A stretch of 64,000 bases of DNA from Desulfatiglandales bacterium (lineage in GTDB: Bacteria > Desulfobacterota > DSM-4660 > Desulfatiglandales > Desulfatiglandaceae). Shown piece after piece: positions 21,031-32,140 of the stretch. A program made the translations under genes and the position numbers. Location: NCBI GenBank assembly GCA_963666345.1, contig OY762721.1:4032001-4096000 (forward strand), in the 5' to 3' direction. The stretch's first letter is position 1. Each line of letters begins with the position of its first letter. Under the pieces are notes generated by a model, which did not search any database, was not told where the DNA came from, and saw only the letters and a list, made by a program, of their open reading frames with translations.

Positions 21031-22300
21031 TTGATAATTCCTCCGCGTTATTTATCCTGGCGTATTCATGCTTTCCCAGCATGATATAGTGAAATATCGG
21101 AATCTTCGCCACACAGACATAGGTGCAAAGGCCGCATTCAATGCATGAAAGAAGGTCGTAATCGTTTGCCGCCTCTTCATAAAGGCCGTTTTCAAGGAGC
21201 CTTACAAGCATGTTGACCGGCACTTTTGCAGGACAGGCCCTTACGCATTCGCCGCAGTTTATGCAGTGGCTGTCGGAGTTCCAGGCTATCCTGCCGCCGT
21301 CCTGAACCATGAGGGCGTCAGTGTCATGCCTTATTGCGATATCCTCCGAATAGACCGCATTTCCCATCATAGGGCCTCCCATTACTATCCTGTCCCCGTA
21401 GCGGACTTCGATGCCGAGGGCCTGAAATATATGGCTTATAGGCGTGCCTATTCTTGCCTTCACTGTGGTGGCGCGGTTATCCCTGTCTATCACGGTTATA
21501 ATCTTGTCAACGGGAATCCTCCCGGAATCAAGGGCTGATGCAAGGGCGACAACCCCTTCGGCGTTTATGACGCCTATTCCTGATGACCTGATATCCCTTG
21601 CGTTGGATATCTTTATGCCCAGTACATCTTTGAGGATCATTACGGGAAGGGTATCAGGGTAAGCGCCTTTTACCTCTTCAATCCGTATACCCGTTTCCGC
21701 TGCTGAATCTGCAAGTTCAGGAGGAACGAGAAATAACGTTTTTTTGAGGGGAAAGATCCCTTTTAGATATTCAATACCTTTAGAGATCAGCTCTATTTGG
21801 GTTCCCGCCGCCACCTGATTGGTCGTGACAAGCAGGTCTCTGTCTATACCGAAGACCAGCAGTGTATCAACCGCGATGTCATCTCTTATGAAAAGAGAGG
21901 GGTCCACTCCCGGCAGAATGGATAAGAATTCAAGGGCCTTTTCGCTTAACCCGCCTGTGAAATCAAGCCCTTCATCGAACTGATCTTTACCTGAGACTTC
22001 GATGTTGACAGCCTTGTATTCTGATCCGTTTGTGCCTGTAAAATCAGATATCTCCTTTATGGAGCCTGTGACGGTTGAGATCAAGTATTCACCGCCCCCT
22101 TCATGAATCATTATCTTCTGTCCGGTTTTTACATGCTCTCCTAAAGCAGGCAACAGCCTGCCCGGGCTCTTACCGGTTTCCAGATACAGGGTAACCTTGG
22201 ACGGCAGAGGTAGATCCACGATTTTATGAACGGCAAAATCATCAATTACCGGATATTTCAGCTTAGGTCTTGCCAAACTGAAAAACGGTTTTTTTACCAT
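21023..22300 (-). CDS. rnfC: Rnf subunit C (divergent)
   Basis: GEHVKTGQ N-domain, SLBB-like RIGTPI, GGPMMG, CINCGECVRACP and CIECGLCTYVC. Confidence 0.87.
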   Translation of the reverse strand: MVKKPFFSLARPKLKYPVIDDFAVHKIVDLPLPSKVTLYLETGKSPGRLLPALGEHVKTGQKIMIHEGGGEYLISTVTGSIKEISDFTGTNGSEYKAVNIEVSGKDQFDEGLDFTGGLSEKALEFLSILPGVDPSLFIRDDIAVDTLLVFGIDRDLLVTTNQVAAGTQIELISKGIEYLKGIFPLKKTLFLVPPELADSAAETGIRIEEVKGAYPDTLPVMILKDVLGIKISNARDIRSSGIGVINAEGVVALASALDSGRIPVDKIITVIDRDNRATTVKARIGTPISHIFQALGIEVRYGDRIVMGGPMMGNAVYSEDIAIRHDTDALMVQDGGRIAWNSDSHCINCGECVRACPAKVPVNMLVRLLENGLYEEAANDYDLLSCIECGLCTYVCVAKIPIFHYIMLGKHEYARINNAEELSNA

Positions 22301-22361
22301 TTGAACCTCCTATCAAAAAAAGATAGTCGCACTGAAGCATCCATGAATTTATTGCCGCATG

Positions 22362-22736
22362 CTACAGCACATGGCATTCCGAACAATTAACCGCCCCGGC
22401 CCCGTATTCCTCATGACACCCCTTGCACTGGAGGTGAAAGGCGTCTGATCTTTTTACAGGGTCTTCACTGTCCGGTTCGTGGCAGTTCCCGCATGCCTCA
22501 GGTTTTGAATCCCCGCCTTCCCACATGTGATGACAGTCCTCACATGAGAGCCCGTATCCGTCCTCGCCGGCGTGCTCTTTGTGGCTGAAAAGGACATCCC
22601 CGGCGCTGTTTTTGAGCATTATCCTGACCGGTTCTTCAGGAGAGGTTACCGGAAAGACGGCATAGCATACTACTCCCACGACAAGGAGCAGGGCGGCAAG
22701 AAGAAAGGCGAAAATCTTTTCACGCTTGACATTCAT
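22362..22736 (-). CDS. Tetraheme class III (c3-type) cytochrome c, exported or membrane-anchored
   Basis: N-terminal hydrophobic segment, FSHKEH, and four CxxCH motifs (CEDCH, CGNCH, CKGCH, CSECH). Confidence 0.9.
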   Translation of the reverse strand: MNVKREKIFAFLLAALLLVVGVVCYAVFPVTSPEEPVRIMLKNSAGDVLFSHKEHAGEDGYGLSCEDCHHMWEGGDSKPEACGNCHEPDSEDPVKRSDAFHLQCKGCHEEYGAGAVNCSECHVL

Positions 22737-22947
22737 TTTATATTTTCCTTGGTTTCTGTCTTTTTATGAAGATATCACCGCATAAGATAAAAAAGGCTTT
22801 CAGGCTTGTCAGGGCGGGGGCATCTGTAACGGTATGTTTTAGGAAGGTCAAATAATGTTGGTTTTTCGCCATCTGATTATCCAGCAGATCACGGGTTCCC
22901 CGGAACCTGGAGATCAGGGATCCTGCGGGAAGTTAAATAATAGGTTA

Positions 22948-22999
22948 GTGCCCGGTATAACTTTCGCCTGATTAGCTCAACCTTTCGGTTCAGCGGACA
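22948..22999 (-). ncRNA. Candidate structured leader RNA of the cytochrome-rnf operon
   Basis: On the minus strand, UGUCCG/CGGGCA closes two GAAA-tetraloop hairpins; no family recognised. Confidence 0.3.
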
Positions 23000-23466
23000 G
23001 ATTGTTCTTCACTCCCGCATCTAAATCAAGTATTTTCACAGGAAGTTCCAAACTTGAAAACTTTTATCTCTAAGAAAGGCCTCTTGTCAAGGGGCTTTTG
23101 GGTGATGATAATTTGATTCGATTCCTGCTTGGGGGAGGGCCGTTACAAGGCTAAGCGGCTTAAAAGAATACGTTTTTAATGTGGCAGGGGTATCAATTGA
23201 CCTTGATTGACATTTTGCCTGAAAAGTAGAGAATGTCTATCTTGTTTTCATCACCAAATCGAGGGTTTCCTTAAAGAGGTCTCGGCGGTCGGTTTTGACA
23301 TTCACCTTAACAGCCTGTTTATTCGTAACTTTGCCGGCTGGCTGTGTCACATTCCCGCCGGTGGCTCTGATTCGGTTAAGGGGCTGTTCCAGGATGGAAC
23401 CCTATAACATAGACAAGATTGTTAGAGGGTATTTTTTTCACGGTAAAATGGGAGGAAGGGCGGCAG

Positions 23467-24345
23467 ATGTTTAATTACGAAGGACCCATATACAGACCTC
23501 CGAGTGAAGCCGACAGTCTGCTGATACAGGCCACGGTAGGCTGCCCTCACAATAAATGCACATTCTGCATGGTCTATAAAAAAGGCCCTCCATACAGGGT
23601 AAGACCTGTTGAGGAGATAAAGGATGATTTGGAAAAGGCGCGGAAGCTTTACGGCGCCAATGTGAGGAGCCTTTTCTTCCCCGCCGGCAACACCATTGCC
23701 ATGCCTACCGATCAACTGGCGGTTATCTGTGCGCACGCACGGGGTATTTTTCCTGCCCTTGAAAGGATAACCGTGTATGGCTCATCAAGATATATCTTCA
23801 ATAAAGGGCCTGTGGAATTAAGGAGACTGAGGGGCAGCGGGTTGTCCAGGATCCATGTGGGTCTTGAAAGCGGTGATGACGAGGTGCTGAGACGCATAAA
23901 AAAAGGTTCTGATTCGGAAGAACAGATTCAGGCGGGAGTCTGGGTGATGGAGGCGGGAATAGAACTGAGTGAATATGTCATGCTCGGGATAGGAGGCAGG
24001 GAGCGAAGCCTGGAGCACGCTGAACTGACGGCTAAATGCCTGAACGCAATTAATCCCGACTTCATCAGGATACGCACCTTTCTGCCGAAGGTGGATACAC
24101 TGCTTTTGCATCAGATAAGAAAGGGGCGTTTTAAGGTTCTTTCCCCCCATGAGGTGCTGCGTGAAACCCGAACGATTATAGAGGGTCTGGAGGTCGGTTC
24201 AATGATATTAAGTGATCACTACACAAATTATGTGGATCTGCACGGCAGGATGCCTTCGGAAAAAGGCAGGATTCTTGCCGCGATCGAAGAGGCCCTGGGA
24301 AGGGATGAGGGACTGTTCAGATCTGTCTACGTGGGTACGCAATAA
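23467..24345 (+). CDS. Radical SAM protein of unknown function
   Basis: YEGPIYRPPSE...GCPHNKCTFC (CxxxCxxC), GLESG. Confidence 0.9.
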   Translation: MFNYEGPIYRPPSEADSLLIQATVGCPHNKCTFCMVYKKGPPYRVRPVEEIKDDLEKARKLYGANVRSLFFPAGNTIAMPTDQLAVICAHARGIFPALERITVYGSSRYIFNKGPVELRRLRGSGLSRIHVGLESGDDEVLRRIKKGSDSEEQIQAGVWVMEAGIELSEYVMLGIGGRERSLEHAELTAKCLNAINPDFIRIRTFLPKVDTLLLHQIRKGRFKVLSPHEVLRETRTIIEGLEVGSMILSDHYTNYVDLHGRMPSEKGRILAAIEEALGRDEGLFRSVYVGTQ

Positions 24346-24428
24346 CGGATCGGTGCGTGGTTCGGGCCTGTTCGGCGCGGTTTTTAATCCTTGAAAAACA
24401 ATGTTTGCTCTGATATTTTGTTCTTTAA

Positions 24429-26841
<2,413 letters not shown>

Positions 26842-26884
26842 GACGCGGCTCCCCCCGGTGCAACCAGGGCAAGGGATAAAAAAA

Positions 26885-28441
26885 ATGACAAAAGATTCTT
26901 ATTCACAAAAGATATTGATCCTTGATTTCGGATCACAATACACTCAGCTGATCGCCAGAAGAATAAGGGAATCCCAGGTATACTGCGAGATCCATCCCTT
27001 TAACATCGATATGGAAGAGATAAAGGCCTTCTCCCCGAAAGGGATTATCCTGTCCGGTGGGCCTTCGAGCATATATGAGCCGGGAGCCCCATTCGCCGAC
27101 AGGGAAATCGCTCAATTGAACGTCCCGATTCTTGGAATATGCTATGGCATGCAGTACCTGACCCACATCTTTGGCGGGGTTGTGGCCAACGCAGCAGACA
27201 GGGAATACGGCAATGCCTTTATAACCATTGAAGACCGGTCGGACTTTTTTCACGGACTGGAGAAAAACGACGGACAGCCTGTCTGGATGAGTCATGGCGA
27301 CAGGATAGAGAAGATGCCTGAAGGCTTCAAGGTGCTGGCGAGCAGTAAAAACAGCCCTGCAGCGGCCATCGTGGACAGCTCAAGGCGCTATTTCGGCGTG
27401 CAGTTTCATCCCGAGGTGGTCCATACTCCTGAAGGCCGCAGGATGCTGAAAAATTTTGTCTTCAGGATATGCAAATGCAGCCCTTCCTGGACCATGACCT
27501 CATTTGTGCGTCGAACCGTAAAGAGAATAAGGGCGCAGGTGGGTGAGGAAAGGGTAATCTGCGGACTCTCGGGAGGGGTGGATTCTTCGGTAACTGCGGT
27601 ACTCCTTCACAAGGCCATAGGAAAACAGCTTTCCTGCATCTTTGTGGATAACGGACTTCTCAGAAAAGGTGAAGCCCAGGAGGTCTCAAAGACATTCAAG
27701 GAATACTACGGCATGGACTTTCACCTGGTGGACGCGGCAGACCTTTTCCTTGATCGCCTCAAAGGTGTCGATGATCCGGAGAAAAAGAGAAAGATAATAG
27801 GGGCGGAATTTATCAATGTGTTTGAAGAAAAGGCGATTGAGCTGGGGCAGGCAAAATACCTCGCTCAGGGGACTCTCTATCCCGATGTGATAGAAAGTGT
27901 ATCGTTTAAGGGTCCTTCCGCCACCATAAAGAGCCATCATAATGTGGGAGGTCTTCCGCATGTCATGAATCTGAGGCTTATCGAGCCCTTGCGGGAGTTG
28001 TTCAAGGACGAGGTTCGCGAGGTCGGGGTCGAACTCGACATGCCCAGAGAGATGGTGATGCGCCAGCCGTTTCCAGGGCCCGGTCTGGCCATAAGGGTGC
28101 TGGGGGAGGTCACGCGGGAAAGGCTTGAGATCCTGAGACTAGCGGATCTGATCGTGATCGAGGAGATCAGGAAGGCGGATCTGTATGAAAAGGTGTGGCA
28201 GTCTTTTGCGGTCCTCCTACCCGTAAAAACGGTCGGGGTCATGGGGGACGAGAGGACCTACGAAAATGTGATAGCGGTCAGGGTCGTCGACAGCATGGAC
28301 GCAATGACCGCCGACTGGTCGCGGATTCCCTACTATGTTATGGAGACTATCTCCACTAGGATCATAAACAGCGTTAAGGGAGTAAACAGGGTGGTCTATG
28401 ACATCTCTTCAAAACCGCCTGGGACCATCGAGTGGGAGTAG
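26885..28441 (+). CDS. guaA: GMP synthase (glutamine-hydrolysing)
   Basis: [35 protein letters not shown]. Confidence 0.98.
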   Translation: MTKDSYSQKILILDFGSQYTQLIARRIRESQVYCEIHPFNIDMEEIKAFSPKGIILSGGPSSIYEPGAPFADREIAQLNVPILGICYGMQYLTHIFGGVVANAADREYGNAFITIEDRSDFFHGLEKNDGQPVWMSHGDRIEKMPEGFKVLASSKNSPAAAIVDSSRRYFGVQFHPEVVHTPEGRRMLKNFVFRICKCSPSWTMTSFVRRTVKRIRAQVGEERVICGLSGGVDSSVTAVLLHKAIGKQLSCIFVDNGLLRKGEAQEVSKTFKEYYGMDFHLVDAADLFLDRLKGVDDPEKKRKIIGAEFINVFEEKAIELGQAKYLAQGTLYPDVIESVSFKGPSATIKSHHNVGGLPHVMNLRLIEPLRELFKDEVREVGVELDMPREMVMRQPFPGPGLAIRVLGEVTRERLEILRLADLIVIEEIRKADLYEKVWQSFAVLLPVKTVGVMGDERTYENVIAVRVVDSMDAMTADWSRIPYYVMETISTRIINSVKGVNRVVYDISSKPPGTIEWE

Positions 28442-28500
28442 CTGAAAACGGATCCGGATCAATGGAAACCGGCTGAGGCGGATTACAAAAACGGCTATTA

Positions 28501-29232
28501 TTAAAAGGGGAGCGATTTCCAGACAAGGACCAGCCCCATTATGATTAATATCGAATATATGTATTTTTTGAACTGTTCCTGGGGAAGGGACCTGTTGACC
28601 TTTCCTCCCAGATAGACGGCAAGGAGAACCACCGGCAGGGCCAGGACATAGAGTATGAGGACCTTCTGCGTCCACAGACCGCTTACGCCGTGTCCCAGAA
28701 GTATCAGAAATCCGGTAGGGAGGAAATAGCCCTGCATGGTGGCCCTGAAATGCCTGGGAGGCCAGTGCCTTATGGTCCCGTAAATGGCCACCATCGGTCC
28801 GTTTGTGTTGTAGGCGCCACCCAGGACACCGGCGATAAATCCGAAGATATACGAAAGTCCGAATCGGTCCTGTCTTAATATTATATTGGGCCTGATCAGG
28901 TTGTAAAATCCGTAGAGCGCGATTATGGTCCCGAGCATGCCTTTCATGAGGTCTTCGGACACACCCTTTAACATCAGCAGCCCCAGAGGTATTCCGGCCA
29001 GTGACGACAACACAAGTTTCCAGGTCGCTTTAATGTCCGCAACGTGCCAGTTTTTACAGAGTATTGAAATGGAAATCGTAATCGCTACAAAGGCCACCAG
29101 AGGGGTTGCGGTCTGAATGCCTATTGTCATGGCCAGCAGCGGCATGGCGATAACCGCGTCTCCGAATCCCAGGGCGGAGCGTGTGAAAGTTGATACGAAC
29201 AGGATTATTAGAACTACAATATATAATGTCAT
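28501..29232 (-). CDS. TauE/SafE family membrane protein
   Basis: About 8 hydrophobic segments, LGFG and GVLGGAYNTNGP. Confidence 0.82.
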   Translation of the reverse strand: MTLYIVVLIILFVSTFTRSALGFGDAVIAMPLLAMTIGIQTATPLVAFVAITISISILCKNWHVADIKATWKLVLSSLAGIPLGLLMLKGVSEDLMKGMLGTIIALYGFYNLIRPNIILRQDRFGLSYIFGFIAGVLGGAYNTNGPMVAIYGTIRHWPPRHFRATMQGYFLPTGFLILLGHGVSGLWTQKVLILYVLALPVVLLAVYLGGKVNRSLPQEQFKKYIYSILIIMGLVLVWKSLPF

Positions 29233-29349
29233 GGAAAGAAATTCCCTTTGCCTACGTCAATCAAGTCATAAAAAAAGAACCGCCAATTAATCATTGTCCA
29301 AAGGGCCTTGTCAAGGAATTAATACCGTAATCAAGAACAGGAGATCATT

Positions 29350-30003
29350 ATGGAAAAACCGATAGATCAGTACTGGCTTAAAAGGCTGGATAATCTCAAA
29401 GATGCCCTTGATGCCAATAACTTCGATGCATTTGTCGCGGGAAGTGCCGATGAGGCAAAGGATCTGGTTTTAAGCCGGATAATTCCTGAAAGCGGGGCAA
29501 AGAGTGTGTCATGGGGCGGTTCACTCACCTTCACCGCTACCGGTCTCTACCATGAACTGAAGCAAATCGAGGGCCTGGAAGTAATAGACACCTTTGAAAA
29601 GGGCAAATCCTTTGAAGATGTTTTTGAACTTCGCAGGCGCTCGCAGTTGGTGGATCTTTTCATCACCGGGACGAATGCGATTACTGAGTCAGGTCAACTC
29701 GTCAATCTGGACATGATAGGAAATCGTGTCTCGGCGATCACCTTCGGTCCCAGGGCCGTGTTAATCCTGGCAGGAAGAAACAAGATCGTATCCGATCTTG
29801 ATGATGCCTTTTTCAGGATAAAAAATTATGCGGCACCGGTTAACGCGATGAGACTTGATAAAAAGACCCCCTGCATCAAGACCTCCTACTGTCAAGACTG
29901 CAGCAGTGTCGATCGCATCTGTAATTCCTGGTCCATAAACGAGAAGTCATTTCCCAAAAAGAGGATCAAGGTGGTCCTGATAAATGAGGACCTTGGTTTT
30001 TAA
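29350..30003 (+). CDS. LUD-domain (LutC-like) protein
   Basis: GGSLT, TNAITESGQLVNLD.GNRV, GRNKIV and a Cys-rich C-terminus. Confidence 0.82.
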   Translation: MEKPIDQYWLKRLDNLKDALDANNFDAFVAGSADEAKDLVLSRIIPESGAKSVSWGGSLTFTATGLYHELKQIEGLEVIDTFEKGKSFEDVFELRRRSQLVDLFITGTNAITESGQLVNLDMIGNRVSAITFGPRAVLILAGRNKIVSDLDDAFFRIKNYAAPVNAMRLDKKTPCIKTSYCQDCSSVDRICNSWSINEKSFPKKRIKVVLINEDLGF

Positions 30004-30011
30004 AGGCCGGA

Positions 30012-30536
30012 TCACCTCTTAAAATTGATGTCAAGATTCATCTCGGCTGCAAGGGCCATCAGGTCCTCCTTGATCCTGCTGATCGGAATTTCCGACGGGA
30101 CCTGTGCCTCCAGGTATAAATTGAAAAGAGGAGCACCTGACAGAGGTGCCTTTTCAATATCGGTGTCAAGGTTTCTTATGTTCACATTATTGGCTCTGAG
30201 CATGTGGACTATGCTTTGAACGATCCCGACGTTATCCATGGCAATTACCTCGATCTTAAGGGGCAGAGAGGGGCTTTGCCGGTTGTTGTCAGGCAGGTCC
30301 GCCTCATTGAGCACCGCCTTGAAACCGTAACCTTCGAGTTCTTTGAGCCCCGATGTTATCCGTTCAAGATTTTCGGTAGAGCTTGAAAAAAGGACCATCA
30401 CGGAAAAAGAGCCTGCCATGGTGGCCATGCGGCTTTCTTCTATGTTCGCACCCCTGTTGAAAAGATATTCGGACACATCGTCTGCGATCCCAGGCCTGTC
30501 CTTTCCCAGCACGAACAGAATCATCTGCTTTTTCAT
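30012..30536 (-). CDS. GcvR-like tandem ACT domain protein
   Basis: GKDRPGI...NIEESRM and DNVGIV...NIRNL; last gene of the gcv run. Confidence 0.85.
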   Translation of the reverse strand: MKKQMILFVLGKDRPGIADDVSEYLFNRGANIEESRMATMAGSFSVMVLFSSSTENLERITSGLKELEGYGFKAVLNEADLPDNNRQSPSLPLKIEVIAMDNVGIVQSIVHMLRANNVNIRNLDTDIEKAPLSGAPLFNLYLEAQVPSEIPISRIKEDLMALAAEMNLDINFKR

Positions 30537-31433
30537 CTAATCCTCCTTGATAACATTTGCCATGTTGCAGTAAAGATTCCCGGCGTTAAAAGAGCTTCTC
30601 ACAAAGGGACCGCTTTCAACCTGCTTGAACCCCATGTGGAGGGCTGTCTTTTTGTACTCATCAAATTCCTCCGGAGGCAAAAACCTCGAAACCGGATAAT
30701 GCCCGCTTGAGGGCTGAAGATACTGGCCTAGGGTCAAAATGGAACATCCCGCATCGACCAGCCTCCTGAAAACTTCAATTACCTCATCTTTTTTTTCACC
30801 CAGGCCGAGCATCAGCCCCGATTTGGTATACATTGCGGGGGATATCTTGCGGGTATTTTTCAAAACTCCTATGGACCGCTTAAAATCCGCCCCCCGCCTT
30901 ATCCCGGCATAGAGCCTCGGTACGGTCTCGATGTTATGATTCAGGACATCAGGTCCTGCCTCGACAACCTGTTTAAGGGCTTCTGTGTCGCCCTGAAAAT
31001 CGGGTATCAGGACCTCGACATGCCCTGAAGGGATGAATTTCCGTATCTTTTCTATTGTGCGGGAAAAAACAGATGCCCCGCCGTCCGGCAGATCGTCTCT
31101 TGTGACCGATGTTACAACAATATAGTCCAGTTTCATAACCGAGGCGGAGTAAGCCAGCCTCTGAGGTTCATCAGGATCAGGAGGTCCTTTCGGGCCGTGG
31201 GCAATCGCACAAAAAAGGCAGTTCCTTGTGCAGCGGTTTCCCATAATAAGAAAGGTGGCCGTTCCCTTTGAAAAGCATTCGAATATATTGGGACATTTCG
31301 CCTCCTGGCATACCGTATTGAGGCTGCTCTTTGCCAAAAGGGCGCGAACCCGTTCATATTCAGGCCCCTTGGGAAGCCTTTTCCTGAGCCAGTGAGGCTT
31401 TTTGACTGATATTTTAGAGATGTCTTTTTTCAT
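30537..31433 (-). CDS. lipA: Lipoyl synthase
   Basis: KPHWL, CQEAKCPNIFEC, CTRNCLFC, GQYL, VRSS. Confidence 0.96.
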   Translation of the reverse strand: MKKDISKISVKKPHWLRKRLPKGPEYERVRALLAKSSLNTVCQEAKCPNIFECFSKGTATFLIMGNRCTRNCLFCAIAHGPKGPPDPDEPQRLAYSASVMKLDYIVVTSVTRDDLPDGGASVFSRTIEKIRKFIPSGHVEVLIPDFQGDTEALKQVVEAGPDVLNHNIETVPRLYAGIRRGADFKRSIGVLKNTRKISPAMYTKSGLMLGLGEKKDEVIEVFRRLVDAGCSILTLGQYLQPSSGHYPVSRFLPPEEFDEYKKTALHMGFKQVESGPFVRSSFNAGNLYCNMANVIKED

Positions 31434-32134
31434 GATTTGATCCTGGATTTAAATAAGTTCCCCAGGTCCGTTCTTTCTACTGTGATTCCAAAAATGTCTT
31501 TCATATATTTCAAAAGGGATGCCTTTACATCCTCAAAGGGCAATCCCGAGCTGAGTTGCCTTTTCAGGGAGGTCATTTTGACCCCTTTGAGCCCGCAGGG
31601 ATTAATCCAGTCAAAAGGGTCAAGTGAGTTGTTTACATTTAAGGCTATGCCGTGTGAGGTAACCCCGTTTTTAACGGCTATGCCCACGCTTCCCAATTTT
31701 AAAGAACCGGCAAATACGCCTCTGTTAATATCACTTCTTCCGGCGGCTACACCCCAGTGCCGGGATGTCCTTATCATCACTTCCTCAAGCCTTGAAACGA
31801 AATCGACCACTGAAATACCTTGCTTTTTGATGTTTACCAGAGGATAGGCTATTAGTTGCCCGGGACCATGATAGGTTATATCTCCCCCTCTATCGGTCTG
31901 TATGACAGGGATAGAGGAGTTTTCGATGTCTTTTCCGGAAACAAGCGAATTTGCCATCTCACCCCTCCTGCCGAGGGTAAATACCGGTCTATGCTCTGTC
32001 AGAACAATCAGGTTCCTGTTGATAAGGCCTTGTTTGATTTTGTTCACCATGAAGTTCATTATATCCTGTGCCTTTGTGTAATCGGTCAAGGCCAGATCAA
32101 GAAGATACCATGGTGAAGCTTGATCGAGATTCAT
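31430..32134 (-). CDS. lipB: Lipoyl(octanoyl) transferase
   Basis: EHRPVFTLG, RGGDITYHGPGQL, HGIALN, INPCG. Confidence 0.95.
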   Translation of the reverse strand: MNLDQASPWYLLDLALTDYTKAQDIMNFMVNKIKQGLINRNLIVLTEHRPVFTLGRRGEMANSLVSGKDIENSSIPVIQTDRGGDITYHGPGQLIAYPLVNIKKQGISVVDFVSRLEEVMIRTSRHWGVAAGRSDINRGVFAGSLKLGSVGIAVKNGVTSHGIALNVNNSLDPFDWINPCGLKGVKMTSLKRQLSSGLPFEDVKASLLKYMKDIFGITVERTDLGNLFKSRIKS

Positions 32135-32140
32135 ATGATA

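Noticed and set aside
22948..23020. Fluoride, c-di-GMP or c-di-AMP riboswitch identity for the rnf leader
   Set aside because: Only short words match (GCUAA, CGCUGAA, GAAA hairpin); the other required conserved segments are missing.
23020..23045. Rex operator upstream of the rnf operon
   Set aside because: Only one TTCACA half-site; the other half does not fit TTGTGAA.
28430..28510. Genomic island integrated at the guaA 3' end
   Set aside because: No integrase, transposase or duplicated guaA end seen in the window.
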